From a virus: 64,000 bases of DNA. Below are positions 48,236 through 57,696 of the stretch, in pieces. The stretch lies in the IMG/VR virus record IMGVR_UViG_3300009703_001822; one strand, given 5' to 3'. Positions within the stretch are counted from its first letter, which is position 1, and the number at the start of each line of letters is the position of its first letter. The notes under the pieces are model-generated. The model was given only the letters and a program-made list of their open reading frames with translations, did no database searches and was not told where the DNA came from. A program made the position numbers and the translations under genes.

Positions 48236-48548
48236 AGATATTGGAGGCTATACTGCCAAAGAGGATGATAGATATACTGTAAAAGATAATCCTCATTTAA
48301 AAGGGCTGGTCCTAAGTAGTACATTTCTATTTGCTGGTAAGGAAACATCTGGACATACACATGATGGACAGGAAGAAATATATTTCTTTATAAAAGGCAA
48401 AGGTGAAATGACACTAGATGATGAAAGATTTCCTGTAGAAGAGGGAGATGTAATACTCATAGAAGATGGTGTATTTCATAAAGTACATAACACAGGACAC
48501 CTTGGTTTGTATTTTGTATGCGTGTTTGATGGAAAAAGAAGCCATTAA
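48198..48548 (+). CDS. Cupin domain protein
   Basis: GHTHDGQEEIYFFIKGKG...GDVILI..GVFHKV.N. Confidence 0.9.
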   Translation: MKTSNKSTKLTIKDIGGYTAKEDDRYTVKDNPHLKGLVLSSTFLFAGKETSGHTHDGQEEIYFFIKGKGEMTLDDERFPVEEGDVILIEDGVFHKVHNTGHLGLYFVCVFDGKRSH

Positions 48549-48566
48549 CACCATATAAATACGATT

Positions 48567-48896
48567 ATGGCAAGGAAAAAGAAAGAACCGAAGAAGCATA
48601 GAGTATATTGTACATATTTTCCTGATGGAAGATATTACATAGGTTATTCATGCAAAACGGATAAACAGTTCGAGAAGTACTTTGGTAGCTCAACCATAGT
48701 TAAGGAGTCAATAGACGAATTAAGAAAGGAAGTTATAGCAGAGTACAAAACTAGAGCACCTGCAAAGATGCAGGAGTTTTTATTACAATGGCAACAACGA
48801 CACGACGATGCCTGTGTAAATGATATGTTACATGTAAGAATTAGATCTAGTTTCCTAAAAGATTTCGAACCTATAGATTGGAGGCCAAATGTTTAG
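48567..48896 (+). CDS. Small GIY-YIG-like nuclease
   Basis: VYCT...RYYIGYS, YFGSS, conserved E and N; TATAAATA-N5-ATG. Confidence 0.6.
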   Translation: MARKKKEPKKHRVYCTYFPDGRYYIGYSCKTDKQFEKYFGSSTIVKESIDELRKEVIAEYKTRAPAKMQEFLLQWQQRHDDACVNDMLHVRIRSSFLKDFEPIDWRPNV

Positions 48897-50310
48897 ACAG
48901 AGTAATTTATCATTTATTGTAATGACGCTATTCTCAGCGTTAGCGGTATCAGTAGTAGCTGCATACTTTTCTATTGTAGGACTTATAGCAATATTTTCTG
49001 CTCTGCCTATGGCCATACTTGCAATGGGTGTGGTATTAGAAATAGCAAAACTTGTAACAGCATCATGGGTATATCAGTATTGGGAACGAATACAGTTCAT
49101 GATGAAAGCCTATATGATATTAGCAGTAGTCGTTCTATCCTTAATCACATCTATAGGTATATTTGGATTCCTAAGTAAAGCACACATGGACCAAGCAGCA
49201 AGTGCTGGAGATGCTGGTGCACAAGTAACGAGATTAGATCAACTTATAGCAAGAGAACAAGGTAAAATAACTGCACTAGAAGAAAGAATACAAAGGATAG
49301 ATGATGGCGGTACTTTAGATGTTACTGATTCTATTAGACAGCAGGAAGAGATTAGAGATACAGCATGGGATAGAATTCAAGGCGATATAACATACGCCGA
49401 GGAACAAATTGATAAGATTAGAACCTCTTTAGACTCAGATTTGGCGATAGAACAGTCAAAACTTGACGGTTTAGACGCTATAGTAGCATCTTATACTACC
49501 CAAGGCACTACTGGAAATGCCTTTAGTCGTACAGATAATGTGGCAAAAGGTTTAGAAGTTAGGGAAGAACAAAAGGCAGAGCGAGATGCAATAGATCTTA
49601 AGATGAAAGAGTTACGAGATTATGCTGAAGGACAAATAGCAGGCTATCGTAACCAAATATCTCAATACAGAGCAGACACGCAGGCTACAATAGATAATGC
49701 CAACGAGGAAATAAACAGATTAAGAGACAACGAAAGTAATGCACAAGTAGGCAGAGACGGACAAATAGATGGCCTACAAGCACAGATAGATGATGTGTAC
49801 ATAACAATAGAAGGACTGAATGAGGACCTATTTGAAAAGAGAGCAATTGTAAGAGAGTTAGACAATGAAGTAGGACCAGTTAAATATATAGCACAACTAT
49901 TATATGGCCAGTCTGGTACAGCAGCGGTTGATTCTGCGGTACAGATTGTTATAATGTTACTAATATTTGTATTTGATCCTTTAGCAATTATATTGGTTAT
50001 AGCAGCTAATTTAAGTTTTAAGGAAAGACGAGGAGGAAGGATTACAGCAATGGCAGCACCAGATGTAGATGTTGTAATAGATGATGATATATCTCCTGTT
50101 GAACAATCACTTGAACAACAAGCTGATATGAGATCAAGAGCTAATGCTAAAGATGATGTACATATAGAAATGACTACCTCAGAACCATTTGTAGATAAAA
50201 TGGGAAATGATTGGGTAGCCGATAAATATGGTGATGAGTCTGCGATGGACCCTAAAAAGGAAGTAGACTTACAATGGTTAATAGATAAAAAGAGGAAGAA
50301 AGATGCCTAA
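48889..50310 (+). CDS. Multi-TM membrane protein with long coiled coil
   Basis: AAYFSIVGL, LEIAKLV, TSIGIFGFLSKAH, EVGPVKYIA, IFVFDPLA. Confidence 0.8.
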   Translation: MFRQSNLSFIVMTLFSALAVSVVAAYFSIVGLIAIFSALPMAILAMGVVLEIAKLVTASWVYQYWERIQFMMKAYMILAVVVLSLITSIGIFGFLSKAHMDQAASAGDAGAQVTRLDQLIAREQGKITALEERIQRIDDGGTLDVTDSIRQQEEIRDTAWDRIQGDITYAEEQIDKIRTSLDSDLAIEQSKLDGLDAIVASYTTQGTTGNAFSRTDNVAKGLEVREEQKAERDAIDLKMKELRDYAEGQIAGYRNQISQYRADTQATIDNANEEINRLRDNESNAQVGRDGQIDGLQAQIDDVYITIEGLNEDLFEKRAIVRELDNEVGPVKYIAQLLYGQSGTAAVDSAVQIVIMLLIFVFDPLAIILVIAANLSFKERRGGRITAMAAPDVDVVIDDDISPVEQSLEQQADMRSRANAKDDVHIEMTTSEPFVDKMGNDWVADKYGDESAMDPKKEVDLQWLIDKKRKKDA

Positions 50311-50638
50311 TGTAGATGAAATAAATTACCACCCAGAACGAAACGATGATGAGTGGAGACAAAGAGTAGAAGGACTACTTAAAACAGGTAATGGTAAGTT
50401 CCATTTCCAAAAAGTAAATGGACAACTAAGGGATATGTTTTGCACATTAAATCCTGTTGTCTTACCTAAAGAATATAACACAGAACTAGCCAGTCAATCT
50501 AAACCTGGTACCCTAACTGTATGGGATATTGAAGTTAATGGTTGGCGTTCTATGAGATATGATAGTATCATACAATTTAAATTCTTAGGTAATTTGGATA
50601 AAGATGCAGAACACGAGTCCAATTTTACAAGAAGATAG
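50303..50638 (+). CDS. WYL_2/SH3-like beta-barrel protein
   Basis: FQKVNGQLRDMFCTL...VWDIEVNGWRS. Confidence 0.75.
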   Translation: MPNVDEINYHPERNDDEWRQRVEGLLKTGNGKFHFQKVNGQLRDMFCTLNPVVLPKEYNTELASQSKPGTLTVWDIEVNGWRSMRYDSIIQFKFLGNLDKDAEHESNFTRR

Positions 50639-50659
50639 ACCTTTTGGTCCTATTGCTTC

Positions 50660-50688
50660 TTGACCTTTACTTAACACGGTCTTATAAT
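50660..50688 (+). promoter_or_regulatory. sigma70-type promoter
   Basis: TTGACC-17 bp-TATAAT. Confidence 0.75.
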
Positions 50689-50721
50689 TAGTACTATGAA
50701 ACTAATGGAGAAAGACCTATC

Positions 50722-51840
50722 ATGGCAAAACCTAAAAAACGCAGTCAGTATTTTCTTACTGAACCAAACTGGGCAGAGTTCAGCCTAGCAGAGACAGCGG
50801 AACAAAAGCAAGAGGCTTGGAAGAAGTCTCAATACTTTATTCACGCTGAGATTCCTAATAAAGAATGTTATAAGGCATTCCGTAATTGGGTAACAAAACA
50901 TTCCAAGTGGGATAAGAAGATGAAGAAGCAGGTGTTAGAAGCGCCTGACTATGCTTTCCTATCCATATCAGAATATACTTGGTTCCATGCTAAAACAGGC
51001 TGGATGTTAGATAAACAAGAAGAATATATCTATAACAAGGAACAATATTTCTTAGATACAGCAGCTAAAAAGAATGCTGAGAGAGCACACGCAGCAGCAG
51101 AGCGTAAAACTAAAGTTACACCTATTAGGCGTGAACTAGATGTTATGATCAATGCTGTTGATAATGTAATAGATAACTTTTTTGAAGGCAAGAAGGTTTC
51201 TAGTGTAGAAGGACTTACAAGCTCTTGCAAGTTAAACAAAGAGGAGTCTAATGCTGTTTATGAGGAGTATGCTAACTCTTTAGATGAGTTTAAGGAAGTA
51301 CAAAGAGTCCGTAAAATTAGAAATAGATCTGAATGGGACGAACAGCTTGTAGAAGGTTATAGTCATATCAATAAGCCTGGTATGGACAAACTTATTATAT
51401 GGTTAGATGAGTTCTTACAAGTTATGATTGCACAACAACAGCGCAAGTCTCCTGTAAGGCGTAAGAAACCTCAAGATCCTCGTAAGATAGTAGCACGATT
51501 AAGACACTTACAAGCAGATAAGGACTTAAACATAGCATCTGTGAACCCTGTAAACATCTTAGGTAGTAGTGAGGTGTGGGTATATGACACAAAGCGCCGT
51601 AGACTAGGGCTATATAAGTCTAAGCAGGATGGTGGCTTACATGTTAAAGGCACATCTATTACAGGATATGATGAGGGACTATCATATGAAAAGACATTAC
51701 GAAAGCCTGAGGAACAGCTAAAGTTAATAATGTCTAAATCTAAAAAGGCAATACATGATGTGGTTGGCAAAATACGAGGCAAGCAAATGAAAGTTAAGAC
51801 TCGTATCAATGCTAATATGTTATTGTTAAAGGTACAGTAA
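50722..51840 (+). CDS. T4-like conserved hypothetical protein
   Basis: QLVEGYS, WVYDTKRRRL, VKGTSI, KTLRKPEE. Confidence 0.8.
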   Translation: MAKPKKRSQYFLTEPNWAEFSLAETAEQKQEAWKKSQYFIHAEIPNKECYKAFRNWVTKHSKWDKKMKKQVLEAPDYAFLSISEYTWFHAKTGWMLDKQEEYIYNKEQYFLDTAAKKNAERAHAAAERKTKVTPIRRELDVMINAVDNVIDNFFEGKKVSSVEGLTSSCKLNKEESNAVYEEYANSLDEFKEVQRVRKIRNRSEWDEQLVEGYSHINKPGMDKLIIWLDEFLQVMIAQQQRKSPVRRKKPQDPRKIVARLRHLQADKDLNIASVNPVNILGSSEVWVYDTKRRRLGLYKSKQDGGLHVKGTSITGYDEGLSYEKTLRKPEEQLKLIMSKSKKAIHDVVGKIRGKQMKVKTRINANMLLLKVQ

Positions 51841-52541
51841 TGTCTGAATTTATATTTGATGTTGATGGTACATTGACACCATCAAGAGGAACAATTGATC
51901 CTGAGTTTAAAGAGTTCTTTCTAAACTTCTGTGATGAGAATAATGTTTATCTAGTTACAGGTAGTGATAAGCCTAAGACAATAGAACAAATAGGATTAGA
52001 TGCATATAATATGTGTAAACGAGTATATAATTGCAGTGGTAATGATGTTTACGAAGGCGATAATAATATATCTCATAGTAAATGGATACTACCTGAGCCA
52101 CCACATGAATGGCTAACTACACAAATAACCGAGAGTCCTTGGGATATACTAACAGGGAAACACTTTGAACATAGGACAGGTATGTGCAACTTTAGTGTGG
52201 TAGGTCGTAATGCTAATACAGAACAAAGAAAAGCATACTATGAATATGATTGTCAGTATGAGGAAAGAGAGATGATAGCAGAAACATTTAATCACATCTT
52301 TCCTGATCTAAATGCTGATGTAGGTGGCGAGACAGGTATAGATATATTTCCTAGAGGCAAGAACAAAGCACAAATATTAAATCATTTCATTAAAGATGAT
52401 ATAAAATTCTTTGGAGATAGATGTGAAGAAGGTGGTAACGACCATCCTATTGCTCGTGAACTATATCCTTATCAAGTCCACAAAGTTAATAGCTGGAGAG
52501 ATACTTGGAGGTTATTAAAACCTGCAGGGAGACTAAAATGA
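51840..52541 (+). CDS. HAD-IIB hydrolase, phosphomannomutase-like
   Basis: FDVDGTLT, VTGSD, GGETGIDI, FFGDR..GGND. Confidence 0.9.
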   Translation: MSEFIFDVDGTLTPSRGTIDPEFKEFFLNFCDENNVYLVTGSDKPKTIEQIGLDAYNMCKRVYNCSGNDVYEGDNNISHSKWILPEPPHEWLTTQITESPWDILTGKHFEHRTGMCNFSVVGRNANTEQRKAYYEYDCQYEEREMIAETFNHIFPDLNADVGGETGIDIFPRGKNKAQILNHFIKDDIKFFGDRCEEGGNDHPIARELYPYQVHKVNSWRDTWRLLKPAGRLK

Positions 52542-52993
52542 AAATAGAAAATTTATTAGAACCTACTAATGTATTAGAAACTTGGAAACCTATCAAACAA
52601 GTTCCTAGTTTAAAACTAAATGTTGAGAATGGCAGCAGGAACGAGGATAGGTGGATTGAATTGCTTAGACACCACAGACTATTACAAAATGATACCAGGA
52701 AAAAGATATCTCCTGATACACATTGGCAAGTTTCTGGATATAAAATACCTATAAGAGTAGAGATTAAAAGTAGTAAGGATAAAACTGCTTTTATAATGGG
52801 CGGTGGTGAAGGCGATCATTATCATTATGGCATAGATCAATTTGAATTTATGGCTATAACATTTGATAGAGATAGTGAGAACCCTAAGTTCTGTGTAATA
52901 CCATGGAAACTAATACATGGGAAAAAGAATGTATCTTATGAACAAGTAAAAACATGGGAAAACAATTTTAATCTCGAAGGGTATGTGGTATGA
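52538..52993 (+). CDS. Putative PD-(D/E)XK nuclease
   Basis: PD...RVEIKSS motif. Confidence 0.5.
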   Translation: MKIENLLEPTNVLETWKPIKQVPSLKLNVENGSRNEDRWIELLRHHRLLQNDTRKKISPDTHWQVSGYKIPIRVEIKSSKDKTAFIMGGGEGDHYHYGIDQFEFMAITFDRDSENPKFCVIPWKLIHGKKNVSYEQVKTWENNFNLEGYVV

Positions 52994-53880
52994 TAGTAGT
53001 AGATTATAATCAAACAGCAATTGGTTCCTTTATGGCTGAGGCTCGAGGCAGAGCTGATGTAGAGCCTAACTTACCACTGCTTAGACATATGATTGTTAAT
53101 ACTATAAGATCATATAAAAAGCGCTGGGGAGATGAGTTTGGCGATCTAGTTATTGCATGTGATAACAGATATTATTGGAGACGAAAGTTCTATCCTTATT
53201 ACAAAGCAAGTAGGAGAGCTACAAGAGAGGCTAGTAGTATGGATTGGAGTCTTATATTTGAGTCTCTTAATATGGTTAGAGATGAACTAGCAGAAGTATT
53301 TCCTTATCCTGTTATTGATATCGACGGTGCAGAGGCAGACGATGTTATAGGAACATTAGCAGAGTATAGTCAGACAATAGGAGAGCCCGGTCCTTTATTT
53401 GAAGATGAGATTATACCAGAGCCGTTCCTAATTGTATCAGGAGATCATGACTTTAAACAATTACAGAAGTATTCTAATGTAAAGCAATGGGCACCAGCAC
53501 AAAAGAAATGGGTTAAACTAAAAGAAACAGCAGAACAATATCTCATGGAACATATTATTACAGGAGATAAGGGAGACGGCATACCTAATATGCTATCACC
53601 AGATGATGTATTTGTTAGTGGACAAAGACAAAAGCCTATTCGTAAGGTATTGTTAGCAGAATGGAAACTACAAAAGCCTGAGGAATTTGTTACAAGTGAG
53701 ATGGCAGAAGGATGGAACCGTAATCGTATGCTAATTGATCTAACCAAAACACCAGAAGACATCAAAGAAGGTATTATACATAGTTATACATCACAAACAA
53801 ATAAGGAGAAACAATCCTTATATGATTACTTTGTGAAGCACAACATGAGAACAATGATTGAGAATATAGAGGATTTTTAA
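52990..53880 (+). CDS. rnh: T4 RNase H / 5'-3' exonuclease
   Basis: YWRR..YP.YK..R, EADDVIG, SGDHDFKQL, GDKGDGIPN. Confidence 0.95.
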   Translation: MIVVDYNQTAIGSFMAEARGRADVEPNLPLLRHMIVNTIRSYKKRWGDEFGDLVIACDNRYYWRRKFYPYYKASRRATREASSMDWSLIFESLNMVRDELAEVFPYPVIDIDGAEADDVIGTLAEYSQTIGEPGPLFEDEIIPEPFLIVSGDHDFKQLQKYSNVKQWAPAQKKWVKLKETAEQYLMEHIITGDKGDGIPNMLSPDDVFVSGQRQKPIRKVLLAEWKLQKPEEFVTSEMAEGWNRNRMLIDLTKTPEDIKEGIIHSYTSQTNKEKQSLYDYFVKHNMRTMIENIEDF

Positions 53881-54371
53881 TGGAACCTACAAAATTTAGA
53901 CAAGTAAATGAAGCCCTTGACTGGGTATTTGAAGCACCCAAGAAGGAACAAGTAGATAGGCTTAAGACTATTGCAAAGAAGAACCAGACTATTGTGCCTT
54001 TTGTTAGGTGGGGTGTTGGAGCTGAGAAGATAGAATGGGGACTGCCTGAAGGTATGCCTGAAACTACAAAGATCAAAGATGATATTCCAGATGATATGGG
54101 AGAGTCTACTCTTACTATTGAATTTAGAAGGATTAAGTCTTTTACAGATCCTGCATCTAATATGCACAACCTTCCAGACTGGAAGCGTGAGATGAATTGG
54201 ATGTCTATTCTAGAAGGCGTACATCATAAGGAAGCAGAGCTTATTACACATATTAAAGATGGTAAACTTCTAAAACTATATCCTAAACTAGAAGCTATAT
54301 TGCCTGATCTAGGCATTGATGATTGGAATAAATCTAAAAAGAGAGCTACTCGGAAGAAGGTAAAGAAGTAG
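53880..54371 (+). CDS. T4-like conserved hypothetical protein (DUF6433-like)
   Basis: LPEG.P...KRE.NWM.ILEG.H..EAEL...IKD. Confidence 0.7.
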   Translation: MEPTKFRQVNEALDWVFEAPKKEQVDRLKTIAKKNQTIVPFVRWGVGAEKIEWGLPEGMPETTKIKDDIPDDMGESTLTIEFRRIKSFTDPASNMHNLPDWKREMNWMSILEGVHHKEAELITHIKDGKLLKLYPKLEAILPDLGIDDWNKSKKRATRKKVKK

Positions 54372-54885
54372 TATCAGGTTTATACTTATCATAGAATCTA
54401 CCCCACTGATATCCTTCAGGTAACGGTTCAGTTACAGGTATTGTGGTAGTCACTCCCTCAGGAGATACACACCAACGACGCTTAACCTTAAAGTTAGAAG
54501 CATAAGACATTTTTATACGAGTGTCTTTGCTATGTTGCCTACCATACATAGGATTGTTCTCACCACCTCTTGTACCTGTCATTGTTTTAGATACCTTCTC
54601 TCTAAACTCAGGTCCTCTACCATTCTTAACAGCAGGATGATTGTCACCTAGTTTTGCTTGTCTTATTCTTTCTAGTCCTTCAGGTGTGTGGTGTTTAGTT
54701 CTTTCTCGAGCTGTGTCGTTAGCAACAGGCAAACCTAGATGTAGTGCATGCTCTCTTATTTGTTCAATAGTAGAGAACCTTCTAATCAGTTCACGAGGCT
54801 TAGGAACATCTTGTACATGATTATTGTCTACGATATATAGACTGTCTTTGTGATTAAATAGAAAGAATAACGAAGCCTTGGACAT
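54346..54885 (-). CDS. NUMOD3-repeat DNA-binding protein, homing-endonuclease related
   Basis: HTPEGLERIR..KLG..HP; GENNPMYGRQHSKDTRIKMS; PEGYQWGR. Confidence 0.7.
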   Translation of the reverse strand: MSKASLFFLFNHKDSLYIVDNNHVQDVPKPRELIRRFSTIEQIREHALHLGLPVANDTARERTKHHTPEGLERIRQAKLGDNHPAVKNGRGPEFREKVSKTMTGTRGGENNPMYGRQHSKDTRIKMSYASNFKVKRRWCVSPEGVTTTIPVTEPLPEGYQWGRFYDKYKPDTTSLPSSE

Positions 54886-56372
54886 TAGTAATCTAACTCT
54901 ACACCTACTAGACGAGATGTTTCTTTTTGGTTTTCAATAACAGATCTAAAATATATTCTTTTGCCTTCAGGTTTTTGTTCTGTCTCTACCTTTACACGAA
55001 TTTGTAATATGGGTAATGCAGTAGTGTTAGGTCCTTCGTGCATGTTAATTACATGTCTAGGTACTTGTGCTTCACCTGATTCTGAATAATAGTTCTTATC
55101 ATCTATACTGAAATAATCATATTCCATTATAGCTGATTCTAATAAATTATAATCTTTATATGTAGGCTTACCAGAGTCTAGTAACATTAACTGTGGTACC
55201 TCACCAGCTTCCTTTTGTGCATGAAACTTAACAGCAGCAGCAAATCGTTTCTTTTGTTCATCGTCCCACTTAACAATATTGCCTTTGCCCCATTTGTTAT
55301 ATCCTTGTTCATATGCTAGTAACAATGCCTCACCTATCTTTTGTGGTTGTCCAGGCTTATTGTTAATTAATTGTCTATATTTACGCTCTATTTGAGCAAG
55401 TTTAACACCATAAAATTCTTTCATTAAATCTCTTAATGTGGAGAACTTATTGCCTCCTCTCTGTCCAAACTGTCCAACACCTCCTGCCTTTACAGATATC
55501 TCCATGGATACTTTTTTATCTTTGCCATCAAAATCTGTGAAGGATACATCTATATCTTTCTTTGTGCCTTTTTGATCCTCGAGTCCTTGTGCTGCTACAG
55601 TTATTATATCTCGTCTGCCATTCTCATAAAAGATTCTATCCCAATCTTTTACAACCGATGAATTAGCATAATTAACAGCAGAAGTATATAAGCCATCCAT
55701 CTTTGTATATCTAACTCTAGTATCTAGGAATGCCTTCATGTCTGCTGACTTTAATCCTACTTTGTATATTATTTGATCTGGATCTAATGCTGTACCATCG
55801 CCTGCTGGTGCATTAGGAGATGTAAATGAGTCTATTGTAAACTCATTAACATTTTTATACTTGCCTAATTTCTTTATAACATTCTCTACATCGTTCCTTG
55901 TTACTGTCATATCAGGTTTCGCTTTCATAAACCTAGCAACAAGCGCTGCACTTTGTATTCCTTCTGCTACATCTCCACGGTTATATTCTGTCTTGCCGTC
56001 TTTAAACTCTGCTGACTTATACAATCTTTTGATATTTAATTTGTCTGGATTGTTCTTTTCTATTCCTGTTTTGCCTTCATACTTATCCCACTTAGCCTGT
56101 AAAGTAGCACCCATTGCTAATTTTATATGTATTCTAGTACCACCTGTTTGGAGTTTATTTAATAGAGCTACATCTGTGGTGTCAGGTATTTTAGTGAATG
56201 TAGCTTTAGCAGTAGTGGAAGATGATATACAAAACTCACTAATGGTTGCTTTACCATCAACAGCTTTACCATTAAAAGATATATCAAACTCTTCTTGTGC
56301 TAGATATTTGTGATAAAATACAACCTGTCTTGAGTCATATTTTAATATCTCCGCTGCTGTTAAATGTGCCAT
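54885..56372 (-). CDS. Large hypothetical protein, possible PD-(D/E)XK nuclease
   Basis: GDVAEG...TKKDIDV...EISVKA spacing; GGAG RBS. Confidence 0.55.
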   Translation of the reverse strand: MAHLTAAEILKYDSRQVVFYHKYLAQEEFDISFNGKAVDGKATISEFCISSSTTAKATFTKIPDTTDVALLNKLQTGGTRIHIKLAMGATLQAKWDKYEGKTGIEKNNPDKLNIKRLYKSAEFKDGKTEYNRGDVAEGIQSAALVARFMKAKPDMTVTRNDVENVIKKLGKYKNVNEFTIDSFTSPNAPAGDGTALDPDQIIYKVGLKSADMKAFLDTRVRYTKMDGLYTSAVNYANSSVVKDWDRIFYENGRRDIITVAAQGLEDQKGTKKDIDVSFTDFDGKDKKVSMEISVKAGGVGQFGQRGGNKFSTLRDLMKEFYGVKLAQIERKYRQLINNKPGQPQKIGEALLLAYEQGYNKWGKGNIVKWDDEQKKRFAAAVKFHAQKEAGEVPQLMLLDSGKPTYKDYNLLESAIMEYDYFSIDDKNYYSESGEAQVPRHVINMHEGPNTTALPILQIRVKVETEQKPEGKRIYFRSVIENQKETSRLVGVELDY

Positions 56373-56393
56373 ATAATACTCCTATTTGTTCTT

Positions 56394-56422
56394 AGTATGA
56401 TATCTGGTTAAGTAAATGTCAA
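56394..56422 (-). promoter_or_regulatory. Leftward sigma70-type promoter
   Basis: TTGACA-17 bp-CATACT on the - strand. Confidence 0.65.
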
Positions 56423-56435
56423 CCTAAATATAAAG

Positions 56436-56447
56436 TATTTATAAATA
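56436..56447. promoter_or_regulatory. Bidirectional overlapping late promoters
   Basis: Palindrome TATTTATAAATA gives TATAAATA on both strands between divergent genes. Confidence 0.7.
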
Positions 56448-56476
56448 AGAATAGGACTTATATTAAAGGAGAGAGC

Positions 56477-56977
56477 ATGAGTAAGTTTAACAAATTGCTA
56501 GACGCTAAGTTTACACCCCCTAAAAGGTGGCAACTTGACTCTAGTTTAATCTTTGATAGTGATAAACTGTCCGAGAACGATAAAAAGGTCCTTAAGAAAG
56601 TTAAGGCAAGAGTAACCAAAGCAGGTAAAATAACAGCATTCAAAGGCTTTAAGACAGATTTAGCGTCAGTCCCTAGAATAGCATGGAGTTTTATTGCACC
56701 ATTTGATATTGCCAGATCTGCAGTAATCCACGATGCATTATACTCAGCAATTAGAGAGTATCGTGAGGAAAATGGCTATCATGTAGGTTCAGGCGGTTCA
56801 TCAGAAACAAAAGAATCTAAACAGGTATCTTCAAAGGCTAAGAAGGTAGCTGACAAAGTATTTCTAGAGGCAATGTTGGAGTCAGATCCACCTATTGCCA
56901 AATGGAAAGCGTATGCTTCATATTATTCTGTCGTATTATTTGGCAGATGGAGCATCATACCTCGGGAAACCGATTAA
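56477..56977 (+). CDS. DUF1353 family protein
   Basis: GFKTDLASVPR...AVIHDALY...ADKVFLEAM. Confidence 0.85.
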   Translation: MSKFNKLLDAKFTPPKRWQLDSSLIFDSDKLSENDKKVLKKVKARVTKAGKITAFKGFKTDLASVPRIAWSFIAPFDIARSAVIHDALYSAIREYREENGYHVGSGGSSETKESKQVSSKAKKVADKVFLEAMLESDPPIAKWKAYASYYSVVLFGRWSIIPRETD

Positions 56978-56996
56978 TAACATATAGGAGGCAAAC

Positions 56997-57164
56997 ATGT
57001 TAGATTATATTAAAGATCGCATTAGCGAGAGGACATCATGGGATGGTATTACAATCATCGGTGTTTCATTATTAATCCTCGTGGCAGCACCCATTGTTAA
57101 ATTACTAGCTTGGCCAGCATTGGCCTATGGTATTTGGACTTTGGTAAAACCAGAATCCGAATAG
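56997..57164 (+). CDS. Small two-TM protein, holin-like (55 aa, not in ORF track)
   Basis: GGAGG RBS; MLDYIKDRISERTSWDGITIIGVSLLILVAAPIVKLLAWPALAYGIWTLVKPESE. Confidence 0.7.
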   Translation: MLDYIKDRISERTSWDGITIIGVSLLILVAAPIVKLLAWPALAYGIWTLVKPESE

Positions 57165-57209
57165 GCTAGGATAGTAAGCAGGATGGTCCACAAATAGGAC
57201 CATTTCTGC

Positions 57210-57238
57210 TTGACTTATGGTTCCTGAGAGTGCATAAT
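57210..57238 (+). promoter_or_regulatory. sigma70-type early promoter preceded by a hairpin
   Basis: TTGACT-17 bp-CATAAT; AAGCAG.ATGGTCC/GGACCAT..CTGCTT inverted repeat at 57176-57211. Confidence 0.85.
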
Positions 57239-57265
57239 GTATGTTATATAAGTAAGTGAGGTAAT

Positions 57266-57553
57266 ATGACACAATATATGGAACGAGTACAACTACAAAG
57301 TCTTAAATTAGAAGCAGAGGAATGGGCTAATACCCCTAAGTCTCTACATTCACATCAATTAAAATCTATGTGGTATGATGACAGGCCACACGATACTGAT
57401 GATGGTCCTGTATGTGATGTCCAATTCAACGACGGTCGTATAGAAAGGACGATCCTTAAGACAGGTGAAAAAGTAACATTTGGAGAATCAATAACAGGTG
57501 AGGAACTGGTATATGAATATCAAAGAAATGGTAGCCCGAACAGCAAGTCCTAA
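57266..57553 (+). CDS. Early hypothetical protein
   Basis: GTGAGG RBS; SMWYDDRP.D. Confidence 0.75.
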   Translation: MTQYMERVQLQSLKLEAEEWANTPKSLHSHQLKSMWYDDRPHDTDDGPVCDVQFNDGRIERTILKTGEKVTFGESITGEELVYEYQRNGSPNSKS

Positions 57554-57695
57554 AGAAATAGCAGAGTCTATTCGTAGGCTAGATGCTAAGAAACTAGCAA
57601 AGCTGGTTGAGGTATTGTGTGATGATAACATGGGGCAGAAGTTACAAACAGCTCTTAGTTATGAGAACATAGACAGAGACTTTAGAAAGGATTAG
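57528..57695 (+). CDS. Hypothetical protein
   Basis: Fills the gap between neighbours. Confidence 0.6.
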   Translation: MVARTASPKEIAESIRRLDAKKLAKLVEVLCDDNMGQKLQTALSYENIDRDFRKD

Positions 57696-57696
57696 T

